Shown here in pieces: positions 62,838 through 64,000 of a stretch of DNA of 64,000 nt. The stretch's first letter is position 1; every line of letters begins with the position of its first letter. Source of the DNA: Octopus sinensis (taxonomy: Eukaryota). The translations under genes were made by a program, and so were the position numbers. The stretch is from contig NC_043003.1 in the NCBI RefSeq assembly GCF_006345805.1, positions 28,148,001 to 28,212,000 of the forward strand, read 5' to 3'. Under the pieces are notes generated by a model. The model saw only the letters and a program-made list of their open reading frames with translations, was not told where the DNA came from and ran no database searches.

Positions 62838-62879
62838 ATCAATATTCATCAAACAATGGAATATAAAGAAGAAGAGGCC
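62838..62879 (-). CDS. Adhesion-type (class B2) GPCR, 42-nt TM7 exon (GLFFFIFHCLMNID)
   Basis: Minus strand: pyrimidine tract plus ttttaaag|GGC acceptor and GAT|gtaagt donor, phase 0/0. The peptide matches the adhesion-GPCR TM7 motif (Q)GLFIFxFHCLLNxE|V, and the 42-nt exon with introns at Q|G and x|V is the conserved class B arrangement (as in ADGRD1/GPR133). Confidence 0.9.
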
Positions 62880-63392
62880 CTTTAAAAGTAAAAAGTAAAA
62901 GGTGTTTAAATTTGGTAAATAAACAATATTGATTTTTAACAAGCAGGCACAAGGTCACAAAATTTAGAGAGCGAAGGTGTAGGAGATTGTATTGACCCCC
63001 ACCAGTTCTTGGCTGGTGGTTTGTTTTATTGAATCCTATAAGAAAAAGTAAAATTACACCTGACCGGGTTTGAACTTAAACTGTAAACAGACGTAATTAA
63101 AATAATCTTTTCTACTCTAGGCACAAGGCCCGAAACTTTTGGGGTGGGGGATCAGTCGATTAGATCGACTTCAGTACGCAACTGGTACTTACGCGCACAC
63201 ACACACACACAATGGGCTTCTTTCAATTTCCATCTATAAAATGCACTCACAAGGCTTTGGTCAGCCCTAGGCTATAGTACAAGAACTGAGCCCGAAACCA
63301 TGTGGTTGGGGTGCAAGCTTCTTACCACACAGCCACGTAAGATTCCACCAGAAAACTCGATGAAAATACCACAAGGTATCTTGTCTGAAATA

Positions 63393-63958
63393 TTGGGTTG
63401 TCCGGAAAGTTCGTGCCGATTTTTAAAGGAAAGAAAAAGGTCAATAAATACATGCCATTACATTTTTAATCAACCAAATAGGAACCATTTTTTTGCACAA
63501 TGCGTCTCCATCTTTCCTTTAACTTGAAAATACCCTCTTCCCAGAATTGTGGTAGTATCATGGCAAAGAATTCATCAAGGTATCTTTTTACATCATCCAA
63601 GGAATTGAAATTTTTACCATTATGACTATTCTACAGAGACCTGAATAAGTGGAAATCCGAAGGAGCAATTTCTGGTGAATAAGGAGGGTGGGGTAACACA
63701 TACCAGCCGAGCTGCAGCAATTTTTGTCTGGTTCCCAAAGCATCAAGTGCCGAAAATGAACTTTCTTATCTTCTATTTTAAAGGGTTACAGAATTAACAC
63801 AGGTTATAGGAACATAAACCTTCTTCCACGAAAAGATAGCCTAAACTGTGTTCTAAATGGATGTGTAGTCAAATCCTATTTTATGGACTCAACCATGTTC
63901 TAAAATAAATCGAAAGGAAAGCTACTATAAATCGGCACGAACTTTCCGGACAACTCAA
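63393..63958 (-). mobile_element. Internally deleted mariner (Tc1/mariner) with both TIRs and TA target duplication
   Basis: TA-ttgggttgtccggaaagttcgtgccgattt ... aaatcggcacgaactttccggacaactcaa-TA (~30-bp TIRs, one mismatch). The internal minus frame has HPPYSPEIAPSDFHLFRSL (YSPDLAP motif). Confidence 0.93.
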
Positions 63959-64000
63959 TAGTAATGATTCTGGTTGGAAAGATGCTACTATGTAATTAAT

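Overview
Eukaryotic, very AT-rich and microsatellite-dense DNA. The repeat content (several tRNA-headed SINE families, CR1, Tx1, R4/Dong, RTE, Penelope-like and mariner elements) suggests a coleoid cephalopod, probably Octopus; this is inference, not a database match. The only well-supported host gene is the 3' end of an adhesion-type (class B2) GPCR on the minus strand: a TM7 exon at 62838-62879, a helix-8/tail exon at 61217-61357 and a terminal exon starting at 57762. The terminal exon has a one-base frame break that is probably a homopolymer assembly error hiding a ~287-aa acidic/Gly-rich tail. The rest of the window is mostly transposon debris nested inside (TA)n, (CATA)n and (TAA)n microsatellites. 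The most interesting unexplained structure is six minimal type-I hammerhead ribozyme folds from five unrelated sequence modules, with palindromic stem III as in Penelope-like elements, each in or beside a (TA)n/(CATA)n tract. One lies in a 445-nt unit repeated 1.6 times (retrozyme/circRNA-like), one has a compensated U3:A8 core, and two unrelated ones share an A.A closing of stem II. Also visible are two LINE-SINE 3'-tail partnerships (CR1/SINE-B, Tx1/SINE-A2), orientation-specific insertion into (TAA)n, and several long palindromes. No rRNA, true tRNA or CRISPR array was found. All folds and alignments were done by eye, and most repeat boundaries are approximate.
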